A stretch of DNA of 64,000 nt from Thermoanaerobaculia bacterium (GTDB taxonomy: Bacteria; Acidobacteriota; Thermoanaerobaculia; Gp7-AA8), in contig DATKCA010000283.1 of assembly GCA_035544675.1 (NCBI GenBank), positions 2,097-66,096 on the forward strand, read 5' to 3'. Position numbers and translations under genes: made by a program. The notes under the pieces were generated by a model, which saw only the letters and a program-made list of their open reading frames with translations, ran no database searches and was not told the origin of the DNA. Positions 38,726-48,918 of this stretch are shown here, piece after piece (position 1 is the first letter of the stretch; each line of letters opens with the position of its first letter).

Positions 38726-39799
38726 ATGGTTCGAAAACTGGAGCTTCACGACGATGGTCTCGACAATCGCGCTCGCGAGGTGCTGCGAGAGATCATCCTG
38801 CAGCATATCGCGAGCGGCGAGGCGATCAGCTCGCGCTCGCTGGCCAGGTGTGGCCGTTTTCACCTCTCGCCGGCCAGTCTGCGCAACGTCATGGCCGACC
38901 TCGAGGATCTCGGATACCTCCAGCAGCCGCACACCTCGGCAGGACGGGTGCCCACCGACCGCGGCTACCGCTTCTTCATCGACTATCTGATGAAGGAGCG
39001 CTTCCTCACGATGGAGGAGCGGAGCGCCATCGATGAGCAGGTCAGCCACGCCAGCCAGATCGAGGACGTGATGCAGCTGGCCTCGCGCCTGCTGTCGAAG
39101 ATGAGCGACCAGGTCGGCCTGGTCTTCATGCCCACGCTGCTCCAGTTCGCCATCCGCAGCATCGACTTCGTCCTGGTCACCGAGACGAAGATCATGTGCA
39201 TCATCGTCGGCTCGAACGGCGTGGTGGTGAACAAGCTCATCGACACGCGGATGCCGTTCACGCGGGACGAGCTCGAGAAGATCAGCCGCTTCATCACCTT
39301 GGAGTTCAGCGGGATGACGCTGGATGCGATCCGCCGGCGGCTGATCCGCCTGACGGAAGACGAGCGCGCCCAGCATGATGCGATGCTGCAGAAGACGATT
39401 TCCCTCGGCATCGAGGCCGTCAACGACGTCGTGCCCGTGGAGCACGAGCTGTACGTGGAGGGCGCGGAGTCGATCCTGACCAAGCCGGAGTTCGCCGACG
39501 CCAGCTCGCTCCGCAAGACGTTCCTTGCGCTGCAGGAGAAAGAGAAGCTGATTCACGTCCTCGAGCGGTTTCTCGAGGAGGACGGGCTGCAGATCCTCAT
39601 CGGCTCGGAGAGCGACTTCACGCAGGTGCACAACTTCAGCATCGTGGCCCGCCGTTATGGAACCGCCTCTGCACCACTGGGCATGGTCGGTATCATCGGG
39701 CCGATGCGCATGGAGTACGCGCGCATGGCACCGCTCGTCGATTATCTCGGCCGCGCGCTCAGTCGCAAGATCGAGGAGGAACAGGAGTACAAGAACTGA
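38726..39799 (+). CDS. hrcA: heat-inducible transcription repressor HrcA
   Basis: Start ATG 38726 (MVRKLELHDDGLDNRAREVLREIILQHIASGEAISSRSLA: HrcA N-terminal wHTH). The upstream 38555 start would overlap the divergent gene. Confidence 0.9.
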   Translation: MVRKLELHDDGLDNRAREVLREIILQHIASGEAISSRSLARCGRFHLSPASLRNVMADLEDLGYLQQPHTSAGRVPTDRGYRFFIDYLMKERFLTMEERSAIDEQVSHASQIEDVMQLASRLLSKMSDQVGLVFMPTLLQFAIRSIDFVLVTETKIMCIIVGSNGVVVNKLIDTRMPFTRDELEKISRFITLEFSGMTLDAIRRRLIRLTEDERAQHDAMLQKTISLGIEAVNDVVPVEHELYVEGAESILTKPEFADASSLRKTFLALQEKEKLIHVLERFLEEDGLQILIGSESDFTQVHNFSIVARRYGTASAPLGMVGIIGPMRMEYARMAPLVDYLGRALSRKIEEEQEYKN

Positions 39800-40419
39800 T
39801 GGCAGACCAAAAGAGCACGCCGAACCCGGACGACGACAGCTACGTGATCGAAGACACGGGCGACACCGTCGAGGAGATCGAGCACGAAATGGAGATGGCC
39901 GCGCAGGAGGCCGACGATACGCTGAGCCGGAGCCCCGTCGCGGAGGAGACTGCCGCGCCGCCGGGAACACCCCAGGAGCCGGACCAGTGGAAGAACCGCT
40001 ACGTCCGCACGCTGGCGGACTTCGAGAACTTCCGCAAGCGGACCGAGCGCGAGAAAACCGACTTCTTCCGTTACGCGCTGGCCGGGACGATGAAGGATCT
40101 CCTTCCCATTCTCGACAACTTCGACCGGGCCCTCGATCACGCCGAGGAGGGTGACGACTTCCACAAGGGCGTGCTGATGATCTACAAGCAGCTCTGGGAT
40201 GTCCTGCAGCGTTCCGGCCTCCGCCCGATCGAGGAGTCGGGGGTTCCCTTCGATCCGAACGTCCATGAGGCGGTCGTCCGGGAGGAGGATCCTTCGGTAC
40301 CGAGCCATACCGTCACCGCGGTGATGCAGAAGGGCTACTTCATCCACGACCGCGTGCTGCGGCCAGCCCTGGTGAAGGTGGCCGTGGGCGGTCCGGAACG
40401 GCGCGATGATGTACAGTAA
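39799..40419 (+). CDS. grpE: nucleotide exchange factor GrpE
   Basis: GrpE signature ...YVRTLADFENFRKRTEREK..., C-terminal GYF.HDRVLRPALVKVA. Confidence 0.9.
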   Translation: MADQKSTPNPDDDSYVIEDTGDTVEEIEHEMEMAAQEADDTLSRSPVAEETAAPPGTPQEPDQWKNRYVRTLADFENFRKRTEREKTDFFRYALAGTMKDLLPILDNFDRALDHAEEGDDFHKGVLMIYKQLWDVLQRSGLRPIEESGVPFDPNVHEAVVREEDPSVPSHTVTAVMQKGYFIHDRVLRPALVKVAVGGPERRDDVQ

Positions 40420-40456
40420 CGGAACAAACAGAACGCCCAGCTGTTAGCCAAGCCCA

Positions 40457-42292
40457 ATGCCGAAAATCCTCGGAATCGATCTCGGCACGACGAATTCGTG
40501 CGTGGCCGTCGTCGACGTGACGACGCCGCAGGTCATCCCCAACCGGGAGGGCAGCCGCACGACTCCGTCCGTGGTCGGCTTCACCGAAGACGGCGAGCGT
40601 CTGGTCGGCCAGATCGCCAAGCGCCAGGCCATCACGAACCCGTTCAATACCGTCTTCGCGATCAAGCGGCTCATCGGGCGGAAGTTCGATTCAGACGAGG
40701 TCGCCCACGCCAAGAAGATCCTGCCGTACCAGATCGTCCCGGCCACCAACGGCGACGTCAAGGTAAAGATCCGCGACCGCGATTATTCGCCGGAAGAGGT
40801 CTCCGCGTTCGTGCTGATGGAGATCAAGTCCTTTGCCGAGGAGTTCCTGGGCGAGGAGATCACCGAGGCGATCATCACGGTGCCGGCCTACTTCAGCGAC
40901 TCGCAGCGCCAGGCCACGCGTGACGCGGGCAAGATCGCAGGTCTGGAAGTGCTGCGCATCATCAACGAGCCGACCGCCGCCGCGCTGGCGTACGGGCTGG
41001 ACAACCGCCAGAACCAGATCATCGCCGTGTACGACCTGGGGGGCGGCACGTTCGACATCTCCATCCTCAAGCTGGAGGAGGGCCTCTTCGAAGTGCTCTC
41101 CACCTCCGGCGACACGTACCTGGGCGGCGAAGACTTCGACAAGCGGATCATGGATTGGCTGATCGAAGGGTTCAAGCGCGACACCGGCATCGACCTCACC
41201 GAAGACCGGATGGCGTTGCAGCGCCTCAAGGAGGCGTCGGAGCGGGCCAAGTGCGAGCTGTCCATCACCGCCGAGAGCCGCATCACGCTCCCGTTCATCT
41301 CCGCCGACGCCTCGGGACCGAAGCATCTGAACAACGTCCTGACCCGTCACGACTTCGAGCGGATGGTCGCTGACCTGATCCAGAAGACGATCGACCCGGT
41401 CAACGACGCTCTCAAGCAGGCCGGGCTGAAGCCCGGACAGGTCGACGAGGTGGTGCTGGTAGGCGGACAGACCCGCATGCCCAAGGTCATCGAGGCCGTG
41501 CAGGCCGTGTTCGGCAAGGAGCCGAACCGCAACATCAACCCGGACGAGGTGGTGGCGGTGGGCGCGGCGATCCAGGGCGGCATTCTGCGCGGCGACATCA
41601 AGGACATGGTCCTGCTCGACATCACGCCTCTGTCGCTCGGCATCGAGACGCACGGCGGCCTCTTCACCAAGCTGATCGAGCGCAACGCCACGATTCCCAC
41701 CAAGAACTCGCTGATCTTCACCACGGTCGCCGACAACCAGAGCAAGGTGCAGGTTCACGTGCTGCAGGGTGAACGCGAGTTCGCACGCGAGAACAACTCC
41801 CTCGGCAAGTTCGACATGGTCGGCATCCCCCCCGCCCCGCGCGGCGTGCCCCAGATCGAGGTCACCTTCGCGCTCGATTCCAACGGCATCGTCAACGTCA
41901 CTGCGCGCGATCAGGCCACCGGGCAGTCGCAGGGCGTGCAGATCAACCCGGCCGGCGGCCTCAGCAAAGACGAGATCGATCGCATCATCAACGAGGCCAC
42001 CGAGCATTCCCGCACGGACGCGGCACGCCGCGACATCCGGGTCGTGCAGAACAAGCTCGAGGGCATGATCTACACCAACGAGAAAGTCTTTCGCGAGTTC
42101 GGCAAGCTTCTCAGCGAGGCCGACCGCGACAGAGTCGGCAGCGCGATCGCGCGCGCCAAGGAGCTGGTCAACTCCGAGGAGAAGCAGGTGCTCAGCGACG
42201 CAATCTTCAATCTGCAGAACGCGTCCCGCATCCTGACCAGCGTCATGCTTTACAACCCCGTGAAGATGGGCGCGCCGACCGATCCCTCCTAG
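40457..42292 (+). CDS. dnaK: molecular chaperone DnaK (Hsp70)
   Basis: [32 protein letters not shown] Hsp70 signatures. Confidence 0.97.
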   Translation: MPKILGIDLGTTNSCVAVVDVTTPQVIPNREGSRTTPSVVGFTEDGERLVGQIAKRQAITNPFNTVFAIKRLIGRKFDSDEVAHAKKILPYQIVPATNGDVKVKIRDRDYSPEEVSAFVLMEIKSFAEEFLGEEITEAIITVPAYFSDSQRQATRDAGKIAGLEVLRIINEPTAAALAYGLDNRQNQIIAVYDLGGGTFDISILKLEEGLFEVLSTSGDTYLGGEDFDKRIMDWLIEGFKRDTGIDLTEDRMALQRLKEASERAKCELSITAESRITLPFISADASGPKHLNNVLTRHDFERMVADLIQKTIDPVNDALKQAGLKPGQVDEVVLVGGQTRMPKVIEAVQAVFGKEPNRNINPDEVVAVGAAIQGGILRGDIKDMVLLDITPLSLGIETHGGLFTKLIERNATIPTKNSLIFTTVADNQSKVQVHVLQGEREFARENNSLGKFDMVGIPPAPRGVPQIEVTFALDSNGIVNVTARDQATGQSQGVQINPAGGLSKDEIDRIINEATEHSRTDAARRDIRVVQNKLEGMIYTNEKVFREFGKLLSEADRDRVGSAIARAKELVNSEEKQVLSDAIFNLQNASRILTSVMLYNPVKMGAPTDPS

Positions 42293-42314
42293 TGGCCTGT
42301 AACGGAGAAAGTCC

Positions 42315-43430
42315 ATGGCCACAGTCGAAAAGCGCGATTACTACGAAGTACTCGGTGTGGAACGGGGCTCGAGCCTCGACGACATCAAGAAGGCTTACCG
42401 CAAGCTCGCAGTCAGGTTCCACCCTGACAAGAACCCCAACGATCCCACCGCCGAGGAGAGATTCAAGGAGGCCGCCGAGGCGTACGGCGTCCTCTCCGAC
42501 GAGGAGAAGCGCTCACGATACGACCGGTTCGGCCACTCCGGCCTCGGCGGCATGGGCGGATTCGATCCCAACCAGTTCGCCGACTTCGGCGACATCCTCG
42601 GCGACCTGTTCGGCTTCGGAGACTTCTTTGGAGCGGGACGCCGCCGCTCCAATCGTCCGGCCCGTGGGAATGACCTGCGCTACGACCTCGAGCTCGCGTT
42701 CGAGGACGCCGCTTTCGGCAGGGAAGTGACGCTCGACGTCCCGCGCGTCATCACGTGCGTTGCGTGCGACGGCTCGGGCGCCAAACCGGGGACGCAGCCG
42801 GTGACGTGCGGCGGGTGCGCGGGGCGCGGCCAGATCCGCTTCTCACAAGGCTTCTTCGCGGTGGCGCGCACGTGCCCGCAGTGCGGCGGAGCGGGGAAGG
42901 TCATCAAGGATCCCTGCGCGGCCTGCTCCGGCGCCGGACGCGTCCGCGAGGAGAAGAAGATCTCCGTCAAGATCCCCGCCGGCGTCGACGACGGGTCGAG
43001 ACTGCGAGTCGCCGGCGAAGGGGAGTCGGGCTACAACGGCGGGCCGGCCGGCGACCTGTACGTGTTCATCACGGTCGGGGAGCATCCGAAGTTCACTCGT
43101 CGCGACTACGACATTCATTCCGAGCAGAGCCTGAGCGTCACCCAGGCCACGCTCGGAGCGGACGTGAAGACCTCCACGATCGACGGAGAAGAGACGCTGA
43201 AGATTCCCGCAGGCACCCAACCCAACCAGGTGTTCCGCCTGCGCGGGAAAGGGGTGCAGTTCCTCGACGGCAGCGGACGCGGCGATCACTACGTGCACGT
43301 GACCGTGCGAGTGCCGCCCTCGTTGTCGGACCAGCAGCGCAGCCTCTACGAGGAGCTGGCCAGGCTCGACGGCGAGAATCCGCCGGAGCGTGGAGTGCTG
43401 GACAAGGTCAAGGACTTCTTCACCACCTAG
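42315..43430 (+). CDS. dnaJ: molecular chaperone DnaJ
   Basis: J-domain with HPD (RFHPDKNP), G/F region, four CxxCxGxG zinc-finger repeats. Confidence 0.95.
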   Translation: MATVEKRDYYEVLGVERGSSLDDIKKAYRKLAVRFHPDKNPNDPTAEERFKEAAEAYGVLSDEEKRSRYDRFGHSGLGGMGGFDPNQFADFGDILGDLFGFGDFFGAGRRRSNRPARGNDLRYDLELAFEDAAFGREVTLDVPRVITCVACDGSGAKPGTQPVTCGGCAGRGQIRFSQGFFAVARTCPQCGGAGKVIKDPCAACSGAGRVREEKKISVKIPAGVDDGSRLRVAGEGESGYNGGPAGDLYVFITVGEHPKFTRRDYDIHSEQSLSVTQATLGADVKTSTIDGEETLKIPAGTQPNQVFRLRGKGVQFLDGSGRGDHYVHVTVRVPPSLSDQQRSLYEELARLDGENPPERGVLDKVKDFFTT

Positions 43431-43437
43431 CGTGTGG

Positions 43438-43473
43438 CAGGCCTCGGGCCTCGGGCCCCAGGCCCGAGGCCCC
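43438..43473. terminator. GC-rich hairpin (GGCCTCGGGCCTCGGGCC-CCA-GGCCCGAGGCCCC) between convergent dnaJ and TPR genes; REP-type bidirectional terminator candidate
   Basis: Perfect-ish 13-bp stem read directly. No U-tract. Confidence 0.55.
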
Positions 43474-43479
43474 ATTCGA

Positions 43480-44307
43480 TTACTTCTTGCTCGTGGTCGT
43501 GGCCGAGAGTTGCCGCTCTGCCTCGCGCTGAAGGGAGAGGTACTCGCTCATTTCCGGCGCGTTGCGCGGCAGCTCGTTCACGCGCTGCGAGATCTCGAGT
43601 GCATTCTTGGCGCATTCCCAGTTCTGCAGCCGCATGTGCGACCGGGCAATGTGGAAGTACGGGTAGTAGTCGATCAGCCACATCCCGTACATGCGGGCCT
43701 GCTTCTGCGGGTTGGGGCGGGTGGCCACGGCGTCGATGAAATGCGTCAGTGCCCGCGGATAGTCGCCCTTGCGCTCCAGCTGCAGGCCGAGCTCGTAGTT
43801 CGCGTACCACGGCGCATTCCGAAGATTCGTATCGGCCGGCAGGTCGCACCGCGACAGCACGTCGTTCCGAAGCAGGTTGAACTCCGCCTCGGTCAGCACG
43901 GGCGGCTTGTCCGAATACGTGGCGAAGGCCGGACGGCCGTAGCGCGCATTCGCGTCCCCCCGCAGCAGGAGCTGGTAGGCGACCAGCAGCGGCCGGCCGA
44001 CCTCGCTCCTGGCCGCGACTCCGGACGTCTCCGCGAGAGCGAGCTGCTGGCGCGCCTTTTCGATGTTCCCGCTCATCTGATGGGCGATCGCCAGGTAGAG
44101 ATGCGGGAGGTAATCGGTGTACTGCTGAGGACGCGCCGGGACCTGCACCCCCTCGCGCGGCCGTTCCGCCAACGCGCTCTGGAGATGTGGAATCGCCGCC
44201 GCGGCCTGCCCTTCCTGAATCAGGCGGACCCCGCGCTCGTAGTGGTCATACCAGGCTCCCTGAGTCGATGCTGCCGACAGCACTACGGCCAGAAAGATTG
44301 CGTGCAT
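43480..44307 (-). CDS. secreted tetratricopeptide-repeat protein
   Basis: Signal peptide, several TPR-like helical repeats. Confidence 0.65.
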   Translation of the reverse strand: MHAIFLAVVLSAASTQGAWYDHYERGVRLIQEGQAAAAIPHLQSALAERPREGVQVPARPQQYTDYLPHLYLAIAHQMSGNIEKARQQLALAETSGVAARSEVGRPLLVAYQLLLRGDANARYGRPAFATYSDKPPVLTEAEFNLLRNDVLSRCDLPADTNLRNAPWYANYELGLQLERKGDYPRALTHFIDAVATRPNPQKQARMYGMWLIDYYPYFHIARSHMRLQNWECAKNALEISQRVNELPRNAPEMSEYLSLQREAERQLSATTTSKK

Positions 44308-44439
44308 GTGCTCTCCTTAGTTCGTGAACGATGGATTCTACCGCTGGCAAAGTTGGTCGCCGCTCAGGGATCCGCTGTGATCCCCATCAATTCGGGAGAG
44401 CATCGGTAGGATCGAGGTTCCCTAGGGGCCCCTGACATC

Positions 44440-45288
44440 ATGATCGACTACCTCCTCGAGATCTCCTTCGACGCCGGGGACGCCGCGCTGGAAGAAGAGA
44501 TTCTGACGCGCCTTTTTCTCACCGGCAGCAGCGGCAGCGCGGCCGTCGAGGCCGCCGGCAGGGCCACGATCAGCGCCTGGTTCGGCTCGGTCGCGGAGCG
44601 GGACGCTGCCGCGGAAGATCTCCGCGATCTCGACGTGGCGGTCACCGCGAGAGAGGGGCAGCGCGCCGACTGGCTCGATCTGTATCAGCAGTCGCTGCAG
44701 CCGATCCTGATCGGCGAGCGGTTCATCGTCGCTCCCGACGGGGCGCTCATCGCCGGCGACCGGACGCGCCTGCCCATCGTCGTGCCGCAGGAACAGGCCT
44801 TCGGCACGGGGTCGCACGAGACGACGGCGCTCTGCATCGAGATGCTGGAGAAGGTCGATCCCGCCGGCGCGCGAGGGCTGGACGTCGGAGCAGGGAGTGG
44901 CATCCTGGCCATGGCCATGATCCGCCTCGGCGCGACGAAGGTCGTGGCGTTCGACAACGACGCCGATGCCTACGGCGCGCTCCGCGACAATCGTTTTCGG
45001 AACGGCATCGGGGAAGAGGCCCTGGCGCTGTTCATCGGGGGAGTGGAGTCGCTGCGCGGCGGAGCGTTCGACGTCATCACGATGAACATCATCCCCGAGG
45101 TGATCTTGCCGCTTCTGCGCAGCGTGGCAGCTCGCCTGGGCGAGAAGGGAACACTCGTTCTCAGCGGAATTCTGACGTCACGCCGCGACGAGGTCGTGGA
45201 AGCCGCCTCGAGGCACGATCTAGAATTATTTCGCGACGATGAGAAGGGCCAGTGGTGGTGCGGCGCGTTCGTGCCGCGGAGAAAATGA
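44440..45288 (+). CDS. prmA: ribosomal protein L11 methyltransferase
   Basis: FGTGSHETT, LDVGAGSGILAMA, VAFDND motifs of PrmA. Confidence 0.8.
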   Translation: MIDYLLEISFDAGDAALEEEILTRLFLTGSSGSAAVEAAGRATISAWFGSVAERDAAAEDLRDLDVAVTAREGQRADWLDLYQQSLQPILIGERFIVAPDGALIAGDRTRLPIVVPQEQAFGTGSHETTALCIEMLEKVDPAGARGLDVGAGSGILAMAMIRLGATKVVAFDNDADAYGALRDNRFRNGIGEEALALFIGGVESLRGGAFDVITMNIIPEVILPLLRSVAARLGEKGTLVLSGILTSRRDEVVEAASRHDLELFRDDEKGQWWCGAFVPRRK

Positions 45289-45330
45289 CTTGCAAAACCA
45301 TCATAAATGTACTGAACTATCGCGCACAGC

Positions 45331-46488
45331 ATGCAGGTCGTCCTCCAAGGGAACCTCACGAAATTCCCGCTCTCGCAGTTGCTCACGCTGTTGAGTGAGC
45401 ATTCGCACAGCGGCACGCTCGACATCGAGTCTGGTGCGAGCCGTGCGCGCGTTTTCATCGACGGCGGAAAGGTGATCTTCGCCGAGTCGAGCGATGGCAC
45501 GGCGGGCAATGCCGGTGAGGCTGTCGTCCGCACGTTCGAGTGGCCGGACGCGCAGTTCACGTTCCTTGACGGCATGTCGCTCCCGGACAAGGCCACGCGC
45601 GTGACGCTCGACGTGGAGTCGATCGTCGCGGAGGCGGCCAAGCGCGCCGAGGGAGGGTATGCCGACTACGCGATGTTCCGGGTGATCGACAATCCCGCCG
45701 CGCAGGAGAAGATCACGATCGCGCCGGAGGAATTCACGCTGCTCTTCAAGATCGGCATGGGAAAGACGTTCGGCGACCTGGTGAGCGAGCCGGGCGCGAC
45801 CCGCCGCGCCACCGGCGCGAAGCTGAAGATTCTCGAGAAAGCCGGTCTCGTGCTGCGCGTCGACCAGGCTGCACCGAGCATGATACCCGGCGCGTCGCAG
45901 AACACCGCCGAGACCCCGCGGCCGAAGGGCCGTGAAGAGCGGCGTCCACGCGCCCAAGCGCCCGCCGAGGGAGTCGAGAAAACGGTCTTCGCCCCGAAAG
46001 TGGATATGGCGGACGCGACGCAGTTCACACCGCCTCCCCCTCCCCCTCGCCAGCCCACTGACGAGATCCCGGCTCCCCTGGCCACCGAGAAGACGCAGGC
46101 CGGCGAGGTTCCCGTGCCGCCCGTGGCATCCGCGCCTCCCCCTCCGATCCTCGGCGACCCGAAGAACCTGTTCGGATCGCTCACGCCCGACAGCGGCGAT
46201 ACCTGGCCGCTGGTCGACAACGAGTACACGATCGGCCGCGACGACACGAACAGCATCCCCGTGCCCGACGGCAGCATCTCGTCGAAACACGCCCGTCTCC
46301 TCAGGAATGAACAGGGCTTCTGGGTCGAAGACCTCGGAAGCCGCAACGGGACCTTCGTCAACGGCGAGAAGGTGACGGACAAGCGACTTCTGTCGAACGG
46401 CGACCTGGTCCGCTTCGGCAAAGTGATCATGACCTTCCATATGGCGCAGGACAGCAGCTCGGACCAGACCGTCGTCGAGTCGAAATAG
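45331..46488 (+). CDS. DUF4388 (PATAN) domain + C-terminal FHA domain protein
   Basis: N-terminus GNLTKFPLSQLLTLLSEHSHSGTL is the DUF4388 hallmark. Pro-rich linker. FHA motifs (TIGRDD..SSKHARL..GSRNGTFVNG). Confidence 0.75.
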   Translation: MQVVLQGNLTKFPLSQLLTLLSEHSHSGTLDIESGASRARVFIDGGKVIFAESSDGTAGNAGEAVVRTFEWPDAQFTFLDGMSLPDKATRVTLDVESIVAEAAKRAEGGYADYAMFRVIDNPAAQEKITIAPEEFTLLFKIGMGKTFGDLVSEPGATRRATGAKLKILEKAGLVLRVDQAAPSMIPGASQNTAETPRPKGREERRPRAQAPAEGVEKTVFAPKVDMADATQFTPPPPPPRQPTDEIPAPLATEKTQAGEVPVPPVASAPPPPILGDPKNLFGSLTPDSGDTWPLVDNEYTIGRDDTNSIPVPDGSISSKHARLLRNEQGFWVEDLGSRNGTFVNGEKVTDKRLLSNGDLVRFGKVIMTFHMAQDSSSDQTVVESK

Positions 46489-46511
46489 CGGCCAAACGTT
46501 CAAAAAAGACA

Positions 46512-48890
46512 ATGAAATTTGATCTAGTGATTGTCGGGTCCGGCCCGGCCGGTCTCGCCGCCGCGTCTCACGCTCACACCAACGGGATGAAGTACGTGCT
46601 GCTCGAGCGCGTCGATCACCTGTCGGACACGATCTATCAATATCAGGCTCGCAAGTACGTCATGGCCGAGCCGATGATGATCCCGGCGCGCGGCGACGTC
46701 CCGTTCGAGGCGGGATCGCGCGAGTCCATCCTCGAAGCCTGGGACAGGCACGCCGCGGACCGCCAGGTGAACATCGAGCTGAAGGCCGAGGTGAACTCGG
46801 TCGAGAAGACCGCGGACGGATTCGTCGTCGCCACGAAGGCCGGCAACAAGTACGAGACCGCGGCCGTGGTACTGGGGATGGGTACGCAGGGGAACCCGAG
46901 AAAACTCGGCGTGACCGGCGAGGATTTGCCTAACATCCGCTACCGCCTGAACGACGCGAAGGAACACCAGGAGCAGGACATCCTCGTGGTCGGCGCGGGC
47001 GACTCCGCGCTGGAGATCGCGGCCGCCCTCTCGGATGAGAACCGAGTCGGCCTGGTCGTGCGCGGCGCGGAGATCACGCGCGCGAACGAGGTGCTGACGC
47101 GCGACGCGCTGTCGCGGCAGGCCAGCGGCCGCATGACCATCTACTTCAACACGACGGTGAAGGAAGTCGGCGAGGGCTACGTCGATCTCAACGTGCGCGG
47201 GGACACCACGCGCATCCCCAATGAGCTGATCTTCCTCAAGCTGGGCGCCGACGCGCCGCGCAAGTTCCTCGAGAAAATCGGGATCAAGTACAGCGGACCG
47301 GGTGCCGACGCCCGGGCCATGCTGAGCCCGGTGCACGAGACGACCGTGCCGAAGCTGTTCCTCATCGGCGCGGCGAGCGGCCGCGACCTCATCAAGCTCG
47401 GCATGAACCAGGGCTATGAAGTCGTCGAGCACCTGATGGGCCGCGAGGTCGAGCCGGCCGACGAAGCAGTGCTCAGGGAGCGGCTGCCGTTCTGGGAAGG
47501 CACGGTCCGCGAGCGCATCGCCGCGATTCGGTCCCGCGCGCCGCTGCTCGCCGCCGCGGACGAACAGCAGCTCCGCGACACGTTCCTGTCCGCTCGCGTT
47601 CGCGAGTACAAGAACGGCGAGATCATCATCCGTCAGAACGACTACACCAACGACTTCCTCATCGTGGCCTCGGGGCGCGTCGAGCTCTATCGCCGGCCCG
47701 AAAAAACAAACGCCGACGTGAAAGTCGCCGAGATCACCGCCGGCAACTTCTTCGGCGAGATGAGCCTCATCTCCGGACGCCGCCGTACGGCCACGGCCAA
47801 GGCCATGGGGAACACGCGCGTGATCGAGATCCCGCGCAAGGCCATGCTGCGTCTTCTGGCGTCCTCGCCGAAGGCGAAAGCGCTCATGGACCAGGCCTTC
47901 CTGCTCCGCGCGTTCGGCGGCTACCTCTTCCCCGGCATCGCCGAGGGGGCGCTCGGCGAGCTGGTCGAGAAGGCCGTCGTCGAGAACATCGGCAAAGACG
48001 CGGTGGTGTTCAAGGAAGGCGATGCAGCGGAAGCGTTCTACCTGATCCGCAGCGGCATGATGAAGATCGCCAAGCAGTCGGGCGACAAGGAAGTCGTGCT
48101 CTCGTACCTGGTGGCCGGCAACTTCTTCGGCGAGGCCGCGCTCTTCTCCGATGCCGAGCGCACCGCTACCGTCAGCGCGATCTTCCCGGCCGAGCTGGTG
48201 AAGCTCTCCAAGAAAGACTTCGACAACTTCCTGGGCATCCGTCCCGAGCTGCGCGAGCTCCCGCTGCGCAAGCTCGAGGAGCGCCGCATCGCCGGCCTCA
48301 TCGCCGAGGCCACGCCGGGATCCGGCAACATCCTCTCCGACCTCATCCGCGAGGAAGTGGTCATGGGAACGCAGACCCTGGTCATCGACGAGCACCGCTG
48401 CGTGCGATGCGGGAACTGCGTCCGCTCCTGCGAGGGCGTGCACGACGACGGTCAGGCCCGCATCTCCCTCACCGGCATCAAGTTCTACAACCTCCTGGCG
48501 CCGAACTCGTGCTGGCAGTGCGAGAACCCGATGTGCATGCTGGACTGCCCGCCCGACGCCATCTCCCGCGATCCGCGCGGCGAGGTCTACATCAAGAGCA
48601 ACTGCATCGGCTGCGGCAACTGCGAGCGCAACTGCCCCTACGGCAACATCTTCATGGTCCACAAAGAGCCGAAGAAGTCGATCACCGGCTGGATCAAATC
48701 GATCTTCGGAAAAGGCAAGCACGAGGACGCGATCGAGCAGACCTTCGCCGTCAAGTGCGATCTCTGCCGTGGTATCTCCGGCGGCCCCGCATGTGTCCGC
48801 GGCTGTCCGACCGGAGCGGCAATCCGACTGACACCGGAGCAGTATCGGGAGACCCTGGAAGAGCTGGTCATTTCGCGAGGGGAGAGGTAG
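46512..48890 (+). CDS. fusion protein: thioredoxin-reductase-type FNR-like flavoprotein + 2x cyclic-nucleotide-binding domains + 4x [4Fe-4S] ferredoxin motifs
   Basis: Two Rossmann GxGxxG (VIVGSGPAGLAAA; LVVGAGDSALEIAAAL) without the TrxR CxxC. Two CAP_ED signatures (FFGEMSL..RRTATAKA; FFGEAAL..ERTATVSA). Four CxxCxxCxxxCP-like motifs (CVRCGNCVRSCE, CWQCENPMCMLDCP, CIGCGNCERNCP, CDLC...CVRGCP). Confidence 0.8.
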   Translation: MKFDLVIVGSGPAGLAAASHAHTNGMKYVLLERVDHLSDTIYQYQARKYVMAEPMMIPARGDVPFEAGSRESILEAWDRHAADRQVNIELKAEVNSVEKTADGFVVATKAGNKYETAAVVLGMGTQGNPRKLGVTGEDLPNIRYRLNDAKEHQEQDILVVGAGDSALEIAAALSDENRVGLVVRGAEITRANEVLTRDALSRQASGRMTIYFNTTVKEVGEGYVDLNVRGDTTRIPNELIFLKLGADAPRKFLEKIGIKYSGPGADARAMLSPVHETTVPKLFLIGAASGRDLIKLGMNQGYEVVEHLMGREVEPADEAVLRERLPFWEGTVRERIAAIRSRAPLLAAADEQQLRDTFLSARVREYKNGEIIIRQNDYTNDFLIVASGRVELYRRPEKTNADVKVAEITAGNFFGEMSLISGRRRTATAKAMGNTRVIEIPRKAMLRLLASSPKAKALMDQAFLLRAFGGYLFPGIAEGALGELVEKAVVENIGKDAVVFKEGDAAEAFYLIRSGMMKIAKQSGDKEVVLSYLVAGNFFGEAALFSDAERTATVSAIFPAELVKLSKKDFDNFLGIRPELRELPLRKLEERRIAGLIAEATPGSGNILSDLIREEVVMGTQTLVIDEHRCVRCGNCVRSCEGVHDDGQARISLTGIKFYNLLAPNSCWQCENPMCMLDCPPDAISRDPRGEVYIKSNCIGCGNCERNCPYGNIFMVHKEPKKSITGWIKSIFGKGKHEDAIEQTFAVKCDLCRGISGGPACVRGCPTGAAIRLTPEQYRETLEELVISRGER

Positions 48891-48918
48891 GAGAAGGGCG
48901 CCCCGAGCCCAAAGAACG

